From Podospora anserina (lineage: Eukaryota), in the NCBI GenBank assembly GCA_017654855.1, contig CM030335.1:3844001-3908000 (forward strand): 64,000 nt of DNA. The letters are read 5' to 3'. The translations under genes were made by a program, and so were the position numbers. Shown one piece after another: positions 11,142 through 23,502 of this stretch (positions are counted from its first letter, which is position 1; the number at the start of each line of letters is the position of its first letter). The notes under the pieces are model-generated. The model was given only the letters and a program-made list of their open reading frames with translations. It had not been told where the DNA came from and made no database searches.

Positions 11142-13287
11142 ATGGCGTTGCCGGCTGTGTCCGTCCTGTCTGGAACCATGGCGTCGTTATCGTTGTCATC
11201 AGAATCAGAACCGCCAAGTCGGACCAGATTGGGGCTGGAGCATCTTCCCAACGAGCTCTTGATCCCCATCGCACAGATCCTCGTCCCAGCCCCTCCCCAG
11301 ACGACCCGATTCGCCCTCCGTCCCACTGGCACTTGGGAATTCCGCGATGCCGAACATCAGTGGGCACACTGGCTGGCTAGCCACCGCAACCTGCTGGCTC
11401 TCGCCCAGACATCTCGACGCATGGTTGCCATCGCCAAGCCCTTGCTGTACCACACCATCATCATCCCTAACCCCAAATCCCTGGTCGTCCTATATCACCG
11501 TCTATACACTCGACCTGAAATTCGACCTTGGGTTCGAGAGCTTAGCTGCCTTGTCAGCCTGGCTGAGGAGAACACCATTCTAGGAACATATAGAGAGTGG
11601 GCCAACATTCGCGGTGGTATGTCGGTCTCTCATCACCACGGCACAATGCACAGTTCTGCTCACAAGTATTGCATGCACAGACACCTGGGCTATACCACCA
11701 GTCAGCCATGACACTTCTATCGCTTCTGAACTGCTCAAGCGCGTTCTTCTTCACTCGGTCAACTTGCGCGACTTTCTTGTCGCATTCCCCGATCATGCCT
11801 TGACCGCAACCAGCTTGACTGAGCCGCAACAAGACGAACCTGACCCACCACAGTCACATCATGATCAGTATCAACAAACCCAAGACCAGCAGCAGCAGCC
11901 GCAGCAACCACGGCTGGGTGCTTTTGTTCTACCTGTTTCCATCCCTGCACGGAGGGTTCTCCATCGGTATATTCATCCAGTCGGAGGTCAGGTCGCGTGG
12001 AGATGGTTTGACATTTCCTTCTTCTTTCCACTGGATCGGCTGAGGAACTTGACTTCGCTGCGCATCTACTGTAACCGCGAAGACGGAGCCAGAGACCGAT
12101 CCTTGTCCCGCATACTTGCTGACTATGCCGTTACGATCTTACCCCAGCTGAGACAACTCAAGACATTAGAACTCTGCTGCGATCAAGCGACAGTAACGTC
12201 ATCCGTGGACAGCAAGACTCTTTCTTTGCCAGCCCTGCCTCAGCTCGAGACTATTCGGTTTTACGGCAGCTCCATACGGGAGCCAAACCTGGTGGCCTTT
12301 TGCCTTGCCTGCACCAACCTCCAGACGCTGGTTGTGCATTTTGAGGCTAGCTCGACAGATGAGGACCGGGAGGACTTGCCAGAAGGGAAAACGCTCAGCG
12401 AAGCCCTCAGAGAGAGGGCAGCCACTCTCAGGGCACTGGAACTGGTCGCATTCTCCGAGGGCCACTATCTTACTCGGGGCAGGGAGAGGCCGAGGAAACC
12501 CGAGAACCACCGGCTGATTTGCATCCCCGACCTGATCCACCTCGAGAGCCTCACGTTGGACTACCGCGGGGTATTTGGAACTCTGGGCATTTTGGAGGAG
12601 GACGATGGGGAGCGGCTGTGTCAGCTCCTGCCCGAGTCGTTACAGGATTTCACACTGGTGTGTGAGTGGGGCACGGAAAATGACTGGAAACAAAGTTATA
12701 TGGCCAACCTGGACATGGTGCTGCACGGTGTGCAGTGCCTCTGCCAATCAAGAACCCGATCGCCCAACTTGGCCACCATCAGTTTGGCCATTCACTCTTG
12801 GCCAGCCGAGGGCAAGTTTCACCGCAGGTTCCGCAGGGAGGTGGAGGCTGTTAGACGGCGGTGTGCCTGGGCTGGCATTCAGTTTCGAACATTTGATTTG
12901 CTGCCTTCCTATCGAGACGAGGACGAGCCCGAATTTCAGGATGGTGATGAGGAAGCCGGGCCGGCAGGGCAAGATGAAGGTCACAGTGACGAGTGGGAAT
13001 CAGGAGAGGAAACAGGCCCAGGGCCATCGAGGGCAGCTGCACCAGCAACCGGAGGAGGGAGCTTACTCATCCCTCCAGATGACTACGATTATCCAGAACT
13101 CGAAGAAGAGGATGAGGCGTCCGAATACTACAATTCGGGTGATGAGGAGCCAGATCCGGAGAGGGCGGCAAGGCGACCACCCACGTTTGAGGCATTCGTG
13201 GAGGAGTTGGGCGAAGACCATGGGCACAGCTTGGACGAGCTATTCTTTGCTTACCATGAGGACCGATGGGACCAGTATTTGTTCTGA
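11142..13287 (+). CDS. F-box-like/LRR-like protein with acidic C-terminal tail
   Basis: LEHLPNELLIPIAQIL...LLALAQTSRRM..IAKPLLY F-box-like start, intron 11617-11680, repeated LxxLxLx segments and a D/E-rich tail. Confidence 0.75.
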
Positions 13288-13680
13288 GGTTTCGTTCCGA
13301 GTCGCATTGATACCCCGGCTTTATGTAGGCCAAATATGCACAGAATACCTAGCATGTTTACCTATTTTGCCTCGGTTCCAGCCATGTTTGGCAATGAACA
13401 CGAGGTCTACAGAACTTCCATATGCAGTTGGTCATGATATTGACGTGAATGAAATTGGCTTGTTGGTGATGTTGGGAAGTCTGTTGGTTCAATTTGGGTG
13501 AGAAAGCGGGGTGTAGAATGGTAGGTAGGGAGCCAACTGATGGATCTGGGAGCTGCTCCCACACTTGGCTCAACCAACTTACCAGGTACCTTATCTTTGG
13601 CCTCGACACACCCTTTACATACGCACGGAGAACCTCTTCTCTACAACTATACACAGTCTCAAGTATACCAAGCTGTCACA

Positions 13681-15626
13681 ATGCCCTTGCCATCCACCTC
13701 GCCGCCACATCTACCGCCCAAAGAACATGATTACATCATCATTGGCGGAGGAACGGCCGGCTGTGTGCTTGCCTCTACACTCGCTTCGGATCGCAACGTC
13801 AGCATTCTCCTCCTCGAAAAAGGCCACGAGCGCGACAATCTCCTCTCGCGCAACCCGCTCTTCTCTCAGAACTTCGAGTTGCCTGGACTCCAATCAGTAT
13901 GCCGACTTTCAGAGCCTGTGCTTGGTACTCAACAGCAGCGGGCCAAGATATGGGCTGCTGAGGCAATGGGGGGCACGAGCAGGATCAATGGATCGTTGTG
14001 GACGAGGGGCATACCTGCCGGCTACGATTTCTGGGCAAAGGAATTTGGTTTGACAGAATGGAGCTGGGGGAAGGTTGAGCCATTCTTTGAAATGATTGAA
14101 GAGAAGGTACCGCGAAGGGAGCCGAATGAGGTTCTAGAGATGGTTGCCTTCGTGGACAAGACCGCCGGGGCTGTTGGACTGCCTCTGGAGGACAATGTCA
14201 ACTCGCCGAGGGCAAAGGCACAGGCGTGTTTCAGGATGCACCAGACAGTTGATGAGAGGGGGACGAAGGCCTCACAGAACAGGATTTGGTTGGATTCGGA
14301 AACAGTGAAAAAGACACCAAATCTGATCATCGCCACGGGGTATACAGCGACAGGTTTGCAGCTCAACTCAACAGGCGCCAGGGTCGAAGGTGTATGGGTG
14401 AAAGATGCTACAGGGAAATACCCCGGCATGAATCTGTTCAAGGTCAAAAAGGAGATCATTGTCTGCAGCGGGGTTGTTGGTACACCAGAGCTCCTGATGA
14501 AGAGGTATGAGTTCTCGCTCTGACTCTCCCGCACATGGTTATTAACTTTCCCTTTTCCAGCGGCATTGGCCCTCGAGATCAACTCACTCCTCTTGGTATT
14601 CCTGTTGTCCGAGAACTGAACCACGTTGGCCGCAACTTGACAGACCACACTTCGTTTCCTATCATGTCTGAAATACCGCAAAATCACACCATACATTCTC
14701 TCCAGAACCCTTTTGTACTCGTCTGGCAGCTTCTGAAGTGGCTTATATGGGGCAAAGGTCTTCTGGCGGCCTCCAGCACCCCAAGAACGCTCTTCGTCCA
14801 GAGCAGCGCTATTGATGACACGTCCATGTCGATTCTCACCCGCAACCCAGACACGGGGCAATGCACAATGGACCCCAATGACACAGCCAACATTCCCAAC
14901 ATTGAGATCATGGTCACTCCCGTCAACACCTTCATGGAAGCTGTCATTCCAAACAAGTCTCTTACGTCTTGGTACGCAACCCTCGTCCAGCCATTCTCGC
15001 GCGGCCAAGTCCAGCTTTCGCCTTCTCCATCCGGGCGAAGTGAGGACGACCCGGCCATCAAAATCATTTACCCCATGATGACGGACGAGAGAGATTGGGC
15101 GGTCATGAGAAAAGCAATGCGATTTGGCATGAGATTTGCGGAGGAGTTTGCCAACCAGTATCCCCACTCCGCTGTCTTGAGCTTCGCGCCAGGGATGGAC
15201 CTCATGTATCTAGATTCTGTCATTGAGGCCAAAAGGGCCAAGGGGAAGACCAACAAGGCAGAATCTTCAGCGGGGGTTCCATATATCACTGATCCTCACA
15301 CCCAAATGTCTTCTTCATCGTCGCAGCAGGTACCTCAGGGGTACAGAGGAAAGACTTGGCAAACTGTGACGGATTTAGAGATTGACGAGTATGCAAAACG
15401 GGTGTGGGCTTCTGCTCTGCATGCCACTTCGACGTGTCGCATGTCCCTTTCACCAGAGGGCGGCGTGGTGGATCAGCGGTTGAGGGTGCACGGGATTGAG
15501 AATCTGAGAATTGCGGATGCAAGCGTCTTTCCTGCCATTCCCAGTGCGCATACCATGGCGCCTACTGTTATGGTGGGGAGAAGGCTCGGGGAGATGATTT
15601 TGGAGGAGGCCGGCCGAAGTGGGTAA
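13681..15626 (+). CDS. GMC (glucose-methanol-choline) oxidoreductase
   Basis: DYIIIGGGTAGCVLA, MGGTSRING, TPELLMK-SGIGP across intron 14505-14560, VGRNLTDH, HATSTCRM and LRIADASVFP. Confidence 0.92.
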
Positions 15627-16018
15627 GGTTGACCTTACCACCAAGTCATTTCTGTCACGCTACTTTGCGGTACAGTTATTCTGTTTGGGGGGTTCTATGA
15701 GTATCTATTCCGTATTCAGATATTTATTTATTCATTTATTTCTATACGAAGTCGTGAGAGGCTTGGCTGGATAAACAAGCTAGTACATGTTGTGGAAAAC
15801 AAACCGACTTTCCCCTAAACCCAGCTCTTCACATCTTTAGCTTGAACATTGCGAGTGATCCAAGACAGCCGAGCCTTGGCCGTTCCCAGCTCCGTCTCCC
15901 TTTGCTGCTCAGGTCTCGTATTCAGTGCGTTGACAGACAACACGCGAGCTTAGCATCTTCATAATCACTTGCTGGAAAAGCGCAGTGCGAATAGGTAGTC
16001 TGAGGGAAAAGACTCGAT

Positions 16019-16907
16019 CTACCTGAGTGTGCTTAGCAAGAAGTAGCAGGCTAGGTACTTGGATGAAGAATCTAGTCTTTTATGAACCACCGGCCCTGGA
16101 CATCCTCCCCAAATCAATTGGGCTCTTTCGGTAACCCGGAGCCCATGATGATCCGGCCTTAACTTGGAATGCCTATGGACATTCCATACATGGACATTTG
16201 AGCCCCAATAAGCCAGCGCCTGTCTTCCTGAGCTCTGCTGCCCAGCAGTATTGGCATGACACCCATCCGCCACCTCGCCTGGCTTCAGCACAAACTGCCC
16301 TGGATACTTGACATTCAACTCGGGATCCTCTGCCGCTCGCTTGGCCAAACTCTCGGTCAGCTCAGGACCCTTGCTACCGGCCAAGAAGCACGTGTTGCCA
16401 CCTTCGTAGACGGGTTGACCCGTGATGTAGACCTCTGCTCCAGGGGCGGCGTGCTGTCTTGCATTGGCAATGAGACGCTTAACCTCGTCGTAGGTTACCC
16501 CCTGCTGAGCAAAGATGCAAATCTGTACCCATACAGCAGTGGGCTTGCCGTAACGGGCGGCCTGTTGGTCAAAGAGACGCCACGAGTTGGAGTTGCTGTT
16601 TGTCCACGATTGGACAACCTGAGAGGCAGGTAGATGGAAGGTCAGTCTCCAAGATCAAAAAAGGGCCAAAACAACGACATACCATGCCAGAGGTTCCGTA
16701 GGGCTCCCATAGGCGCTTCCCCCCGACAGACACATAGCCTTGAGCTACGTTCTCGGCCATGGAACACCCTATAAAGCCCAGAGTTCGAGTGGATTGACGG
16801 GCTTGCATGGCCATGGCGTGGTCACTGAAGACGGGCGAGGCGGTGGCGGTACCACTGAGCAAAAAGTGCTCAATGTACCAATCAATGACTGCGAGCGGAA
16901 ACTGCAT
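16019..16907 (-). CDS. Putative secreted SGNH-hydrolase-like protein (ends possibly degenerate)
   Basis: FIGCSMAENVAQGY, intron 16682-16619, WVQICIF, YITGQP and DGCHAN give a Ser...DxxH layout. Confidence 0.7.
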
Positions 16908-18220
16908 GTTGACACAGATGGCGGAGGAGAGCTTGTATGACTCGAATAGCGAAAGAAGGCCTGTGTGGGACGAATGGCTTGTGTGGGTTGATGGTGGGAG
17001 GAGAGCGAGCTGAAGGAGTAGGTATTGGCCTCGTATTTATAGAAGGGTGTTTGGCTGTTGGTGATCTAGGCTCCTGAGTCAACAACACCTTGAGGCGTCG
17101 CTTCACCCACTTCATCTTCCATCTTGCCAGCAAGATGGCACATGCTCGGCTGTACATCACCGACGCTGTCTCTCAAAATTAAAGGTATTCAAAGTCGATG
17201 GGTGAGAATGGTTGCCGAACTCGAAGCCGACTCGCTCTACGGGTTTGTTTTGGGCCGAATGATACAGGTGGGAGTGTAGCTGGGTAGCACACGAGGGTAT
17301 CCCCAGTTGCCTGGCCCGCACAGCAAAGCCTTGAATCCGCGTATAGAACCATGCTTGTAACTTGGAAGCCTGTGAATTCGTGCTAGAATCTGACGGTTAA
17401 GGCTCCGATGCCATGGGACCCATGTGGCTTTTTGCTGCGGCTATTATATATACAACTGTCACTGCTTGGCGTCGTTTGGTTGCCACGTTTTCTAGATGAA
17501 GACACAAAACGACAGCCGACGTCGAGAGCCGGGATGGGGGATGATACCGTAACCGGACAAAACACATCGCGATGCATTTTCCGGGTTGATGGAGAAGTGA
17601 CAGCCCCTTTGCCCGAGACGATGGGTTAAATTAGACAGCCTGCTCTGGCACCTTGCCTCTGCAAGCACACACATGAGGGGCAGAGAGGTCCAGTGCTGCC
17701 TCACCTCGTCGTGATGCAAGCCGAGCCAGGTGAACCGCCATCACCACGCAAAAGCCGACCATGTCTGCCGAAAATGATGCTGATGGTTCGCGAGATTTAT
17801 GTGAACATCTTGCACCTGAGATTCATTGTGTCTTTTGGATATCCTCATATTAAGTATTTTATTCCACGCGTTCAAGCGAGGCTTCTCCAGCAAAGCCACC
17901 TAAGTTGTTGTACAGGTGTTGTAAATGGCTACAAATTCCGTCCAAACTGCGCTGCTGTTGCTGTAAATGTGACAACAAAACCCAATGACACCAAACACCT
18001 TGGACAAATAAGAAGAATCGCCAGCCATCCATGACGCAGAAAAGTTCACTCGCCAAAAACGCCCAGCATCCGCCTTGGCCCCCACGCGACCTCAATTCCT
18101 CCTCACGTCTACCTTTTACCGCCATGCCCGTGTTCTTTTATTTCACGCTTTGGTATCGTACCCTGAAACATGCCAACAGTTGCAGGGAAAAAACAAAACA
18201 AATCACGCCCCAACCCCGCG

Positions 18221-19492
18221 TCACCTCGCTGGGGGCTTATCCAACACCTCGGCGCCCTTGAGCACTTTGCTCCGGAGATCCTCCACATGGCCGGGTTCTT
18301 TGTAGGCGGCCTGCACGAGCAGAGGTGTGAGGGCAGCCATCACGTTGTGGCCAAACTCCCGGTTCGTCAGGCCTTTCCTCCCCCAATAGTGGCGCACGAG
18401 GTGTCCGACACAACCGGACCCGGATACTTCGGGAATTCCGTTGGCCTCCTGGCACGGCAGCATGCGGATGTATTGCGGGTGGGTTTCAATGCTGTAGCCA
18501 TCCAAAAAGTCGTAGCGGACGTGGGTGCTGAAGGCAGCTTGCTCGTGGAACAAGGTCTGGGCCCATTTGGCGCATCCCTTGTAGCGCACCTCGGAGGGGC
18601 ATTCGGCCCAGTCTTTGAACAGGCGCTGTGATTTCTCCCCGGCCTGCGCAATGATGAAGCCAGAGTTGATGTTGACCTTGTGCTTCTCCGAGTCGTCGAA
18701 GTTGGGCTCACCGGCGGGATCTTCTGCCATGGCCACAATGACGTCCCTGTCGATCTTCCAGTAGTTGAGCATCCACTCGAGCGGCACCTCGGGGGAGGGG
18801 AACATGGCATCGTAGTCCATCATGACGACAATGTCGTACTCCTTGAGGAGCTCTTTGGTGAAGATGACTTTGGACCAGTGGGGGGCGCGGTCGGCATACT
18901 GTGGCGCCCGGATGAACTTGTACGAGTAGCCGTGAATTTGGGCGTAGAGATAGTGGCTGAGGAAGCCTGCCGACGGACTGCCCAGCTTGTCCCAGGGTGG
19001 AACGCCTTCGCTGTAGAAAATGCTTCCCTCGCCCGCCAGGTCGCGCGTATCCACGTCGAGGATGCAGATCCTCTTCCCCATGGGCTTCGTGTGAACGAGC
19101 TCATTCTGGGGAGGCAGCAGCTTTTCGGTTCCGTCGAGGGTCACGAATCGGGGCGCCGTGATGGGCAGAATGAGCGGTTGCCAGAGCGCGCGAATGATGT
19201 CCGGGAGGCTGTCGAGGTTCGGGGGAGTATGGTTCGCCTGGCAGTCGGAATGGAATGGGCCATGGCTGTCGTCAAACACCACCTTGGGCCTGCGATTGTA
19301 GCACCCGTGATGGTTAGCAAAATGCCAGGTGTGGTGACGGGAGTTGGCGTGTGGGTGGTGGACAGCTTACATGCGCGGCTTGGGCAGCGACCCAGTGTAC
19401 AAGCCCGACGCGAGGATGAGGGTGATGATGAGAACGGGGATCAGAAAGATGAGGCGACGCCATGCCTGGGGCATATTTTGGAAGGCGGCCAT
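18221..19492 (-). CDS. GT34-like (GMA12/MNN10) glycosyltransferase, type II membrane protein
   Basis: Exon 1 (19492-19371) encodes a TM anchor; intron 19370-19290. Motifs YAQIHGYSY, HWSKV, MMDYDA (DxD), NSGFII, HEQAAF and VRHYW. Confidence 0.85.
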
Positions 19493-21081
19493 GGGTGCGC
19501 AGCGAAAGAGCGACAACAAAGTCGCAGACACGGTCGAATTGGTGAGCTGGCTGGCTGCGCTGCGCTCAGAGCGTGGCGCCCTGTGAGATTCGGGGCAGGC
19601 CTGCTTGGTGTGTGGACGTAGGTAGGGGATGGAGAATCACGCCGATCGGGTTGCTGTTGATCGCATTGGAGGGGCGGTTTGCGGTCAGGGCGGTGAGAGG
19701 GAGCACCAGCGGGGATTGGACTGATCTGATGGGAATATGGCGACGTTGATGCTGAAAGAAAACAAGGACGAAAAAGGAAAGCAAAAGAAAAAAAAGGCAA
19801 AAAAGAGGAATGATTTGACAGCAGCGAGCGATCGATTGAACGACTCGATGGGGCCTGGGGAACGTGTGTGTTGGTTGGTTGGCTACCTTCCTTCCTTAAG
19901 GTACACGAAGGAACCCAACTCCCCTTCCCTCAGGGCAGTGTTCACGATGCGATGCGCGACTCGGATACGACCCCGCCGTAATCATTATTTTTGCTGTGGC
20001 CAAGCCAGGGGTCCAAACTGCCAAACGCAGTAAAAAGGGATGGCAAAACCCCCCATGTCTCCTGCCAAATCCACTCAAATCCAGACCAGCCCAGGCCACC
20101 TGCACCTCTCCCGTCATCTCGCACTTCTTCTTCACTAGGTGCCTCGGGGCAGTTGCTGGGGCCATTGCTGCTGAGGCATAATTTTAATTGCCATCAACGA
20201 TACGGCCGAACAGGCGGGCGGAAGTCTCGGCTTGGCTCTGGCGACAAGATCCCTGTCGTCTGATGTTTGTGCCTCACAACCGACCTCACGACACAGGCCG
20301 CCTGCATCACTGGGAAAACATGAAACAATGCCTTTGTTGTGCCCGTCAAAGAACATGGCAAGGCACCGTTGACTCGGTCGGTCGCAGAGCTGCCTGAGTG
20401 GCCGCCCAGGGTCCAGGCTCAACGCCCTCAACGGGGTGCCCATTGATAAGCACGATAAGGTAGCCGATGGATAAGGCTGCTGAGGCGGGCGCCACGCCCA
20501 TGGCAGATCGCATCAAAGTGGAACCTGGAACTCTGACGCGACCAGCACGGGCCCTATCACTTCTTATCAGTGATGGGATGAACGAGAAGGCCATCCTGAT
20601 CAGTGTGACACCGCATACTGACTGCATTCACATGATGTGTGCGACAGTGAGAGTCAGCTGTCTGTCTCTTGTCCCCGAGCGCAGACGACAGTCCAAGGTC
20701 GACACCTGCTGGGGAAAGCGAGCTTGGAAGGCTGGTGCTGGGGCATTCGGCTCGGGATATGGAAACCATCCCGAACTTCGGTTGGGTGTTTGACAACCAA
20801 CAAAGAAGACCGAAGCACGTCAGTCATTCTGCCGCGGGAGTTGGGTGTGTAGTTGGTCAACCTCTTAAAAGAAGTAGGGGTAATGGCCCTGGCTTTGCCA
20901 CTCCCGAGGTCATCCTTCCAGGTTGATGATTCTTGCTTTTACCATCGGTTGGATTCTTCGCGTCTTGCTTCTGGCTTTCTCTGCTCGTGGTCGTTGCTGC
21001 AACACAGGCAGTTTGATTGTATCACTTGTGGAGCTGCATGCAGGCTGTACCTTTGGTTGATAACGTACCTCTGCAGGAAGA

Positions 21082-22977
21082 ATGAGCGTCGGCCACCAGG
21101 ATGGATCACCGCCGCCATCCTCATCTCCATGCTCTTCCAGAGCCCCGATTTCGAACTATTACCCGATAGGACATGACCTGAAGCACCCTGATGACAGATA
21201 CCGCCTTGAACATGATCGGAACTCTTTCGAAAGTCAAGGGGTGCTTTCGCCGTTGCTTCCTGGCTCTCCACACGCCACCGCGCTTCGCAGCAACAGCATT
21301 GAGATGCAAGATTCGGGGATATCAAGTCTTGAAAACGAAAGAGAGGCGCAACGTATCAACCGAAAGATGGATTTGTACCTGCTCCCCCTCCTATCGCTGC
21401 TGTATCTGTTCAACGGCCTCGACAGGGGGAATATTGGCAATGCGCAAACCCAAGGCTTCACGCATGACATCGGTGCCCTGCCGGATGATCTCAACCTTGC
21501 AGTGTCGCTCCTTTTCGTCACCTTTGTCCTGTTCCAGGTGCCCTCGGCCGCAGTGGGACAATGGCTGGGGCCGAGCACGTGGCTGCCCATCATGATGGTA
21601 CCCAGTCCTCTCCAAGTTCCGTTGTTATATGTATACCGCCAAGGACTAACCACTCGATCAGCTCTGCTGGGGCCTCATAACCACGATTCAGGCATTTATC
21701 TGGGGAAAAGGTACGGGGTAAAAAGAAATACGAGAACCATGGCGCTGACATTGGCATTGATCACGTACTCAAGCGGCTTTGATAACGACTCGTCTCCTCA
21801 TCGGTGTCTTTGAAGCTGGCTTTTACCCCACATGCATCGTTTATCTTGGCTCTTTCTATTCCCGGTTCGACCTGGCCACGCGGATTGGACTGTTTTATGG
21901 ACAGTATGCCATTGCATCTGCCTTCTCGGGGGCCCTGTGTACGTTCGCCCTCAACCCACTCCCTCGACACCGAAGCAGGACGGGGCTGACATGGACTGAC
22001 TGCCACCAGCATATGCCATCTTTCAGGTCTCCCATGCCTGGCTCAAGCCATGGCAGCTTCTCTTCCTCATCGAGGGGGTTCTCACCTGTGTGCTGGGAGC
22101 GGTAGCATGGTTGTGGCTACCGACGGGACCTAGAGGCGCGTGGTTCCTGAGCCACAGCGAAAGGCAGTTTGTGGTGGACCGAGTCGGTGGCGTGGAACCC
22201 AATGCTGCCAAATACTCCAGCCTTACCCGGCGAGATCTGGTCGAGACGCTGAGGGACTGGAAGCTGTGGTTTGTGCTGGTGTTCAACATCTGCGCCAGCG
22301 TGCCCGTCACGGCTTTCTCCGTCTTCCTCCCGCTGGTTGTGCAGGGTATGGGGTACGAATCGGTCGAGGCAAACTTGGTATGTGACAAGAGCAAAGGCAA
22401 GAAGCAAGAAACAAGAAGCCTAACTCCTTCTACATAGATGTCGGTGCCGCCAGCGGTGTGCGGGGCGGTCGGGCTCTACCTGTTCGCATCCAGCTCGGAT
22501 CGGCACAGGGAGCGGGGATGGCACATTGTCGGAGCACTGGTGGTGGCGCTTGGGGGACTCGTCGGGGTGGTCGGATCGGTCAGCAACGCAGCCAAGTATG
22601 CGTCGCTGTGTGTGTTTCTTTTTGGCAGCTACGTGCCGCCCCCGCTCACCGTGGCCTGGCTCAGCGGCAACACACCGACGGCTGGGAAGAGGGCGCTGGT
22701 GGTGGGCGCGAATGGGCTGGGAAACCTGGCGGGCGCCATCGGGTCGCAGCTCTACCGAGCCGAGTATGCACCCGGGTACAAACTGCCGCTGGTGGTGACG
22801 TTGGGATTCGTCGGTGTTGCCCTCACCGGTTATGTAGCGTATCGTTACACACTGTGGGCGGTGAACGCGCGCAGGGCGGCCATTAGGAAATCGAAAAGCG
22901 CCGAGCAGATAGAGGCCGAGCGTGTCGACTCTGTCAGACATGCAGACCGCAAATGGGTGTTTGTATACGACCTGTAA
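21082..22977 (+). CDS. MFS transporter, anion:cation symporter (allantoate/nicotinate permease-like)
   Basis: RKMDLYLLP..YLFNGLDRGNIGNA, RLLIGVFEAGFYP and SDRHRERG. Introns 21598-21661, 21711-21773, 21939-22009 and 22378-22437 keep frame. Confidence 0.92.
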
Positions 22978-23502
22978 GGTAACTGGAAGACCTGTACAGT
23001 CAGTACATACAACACAGGTGGTGGTAGGTAGCAGAATTGAACACGCCCCCCCGCCCCTCTACCCCCACCCCCCAACATCAGGCCGGGGACATGTTGGTCA
23101 GTTCCGCGGGGTGCTGCAGTGAGGTGTCACTGCGTTATCATTTATCACACTGGCAGCTCTCACCTGTTTGTGCCACTGGCCGTAAGCAGGGTCTGATTGG
23201 TCCAGGACTGGCATCGTCGCAGACTACCCCACCCCCCTCAACCGCAAGTACCGCCCGGGTTGGGGCGTAACCCACGCATCCCGCACGTCCTGATGGTCCC
23301 CAAGCCAAGAAGAGTGTCGTCTCCGCAGCCCGCCTGGGAAAAGCTCCACCCTGGGCGCCCAAGCCCCCAGGAAACACTCAAGTCCACCTCTCCTCCTCCA
23401 CACTGCGGGTACGTTAACCTGGAAACTCTCTCTCCTCCATCGCAGCTCCCATCTCATCTATCGGTGATCCAGTCAGTGATCCATGGTCATTTTATAACCA
23501 CC

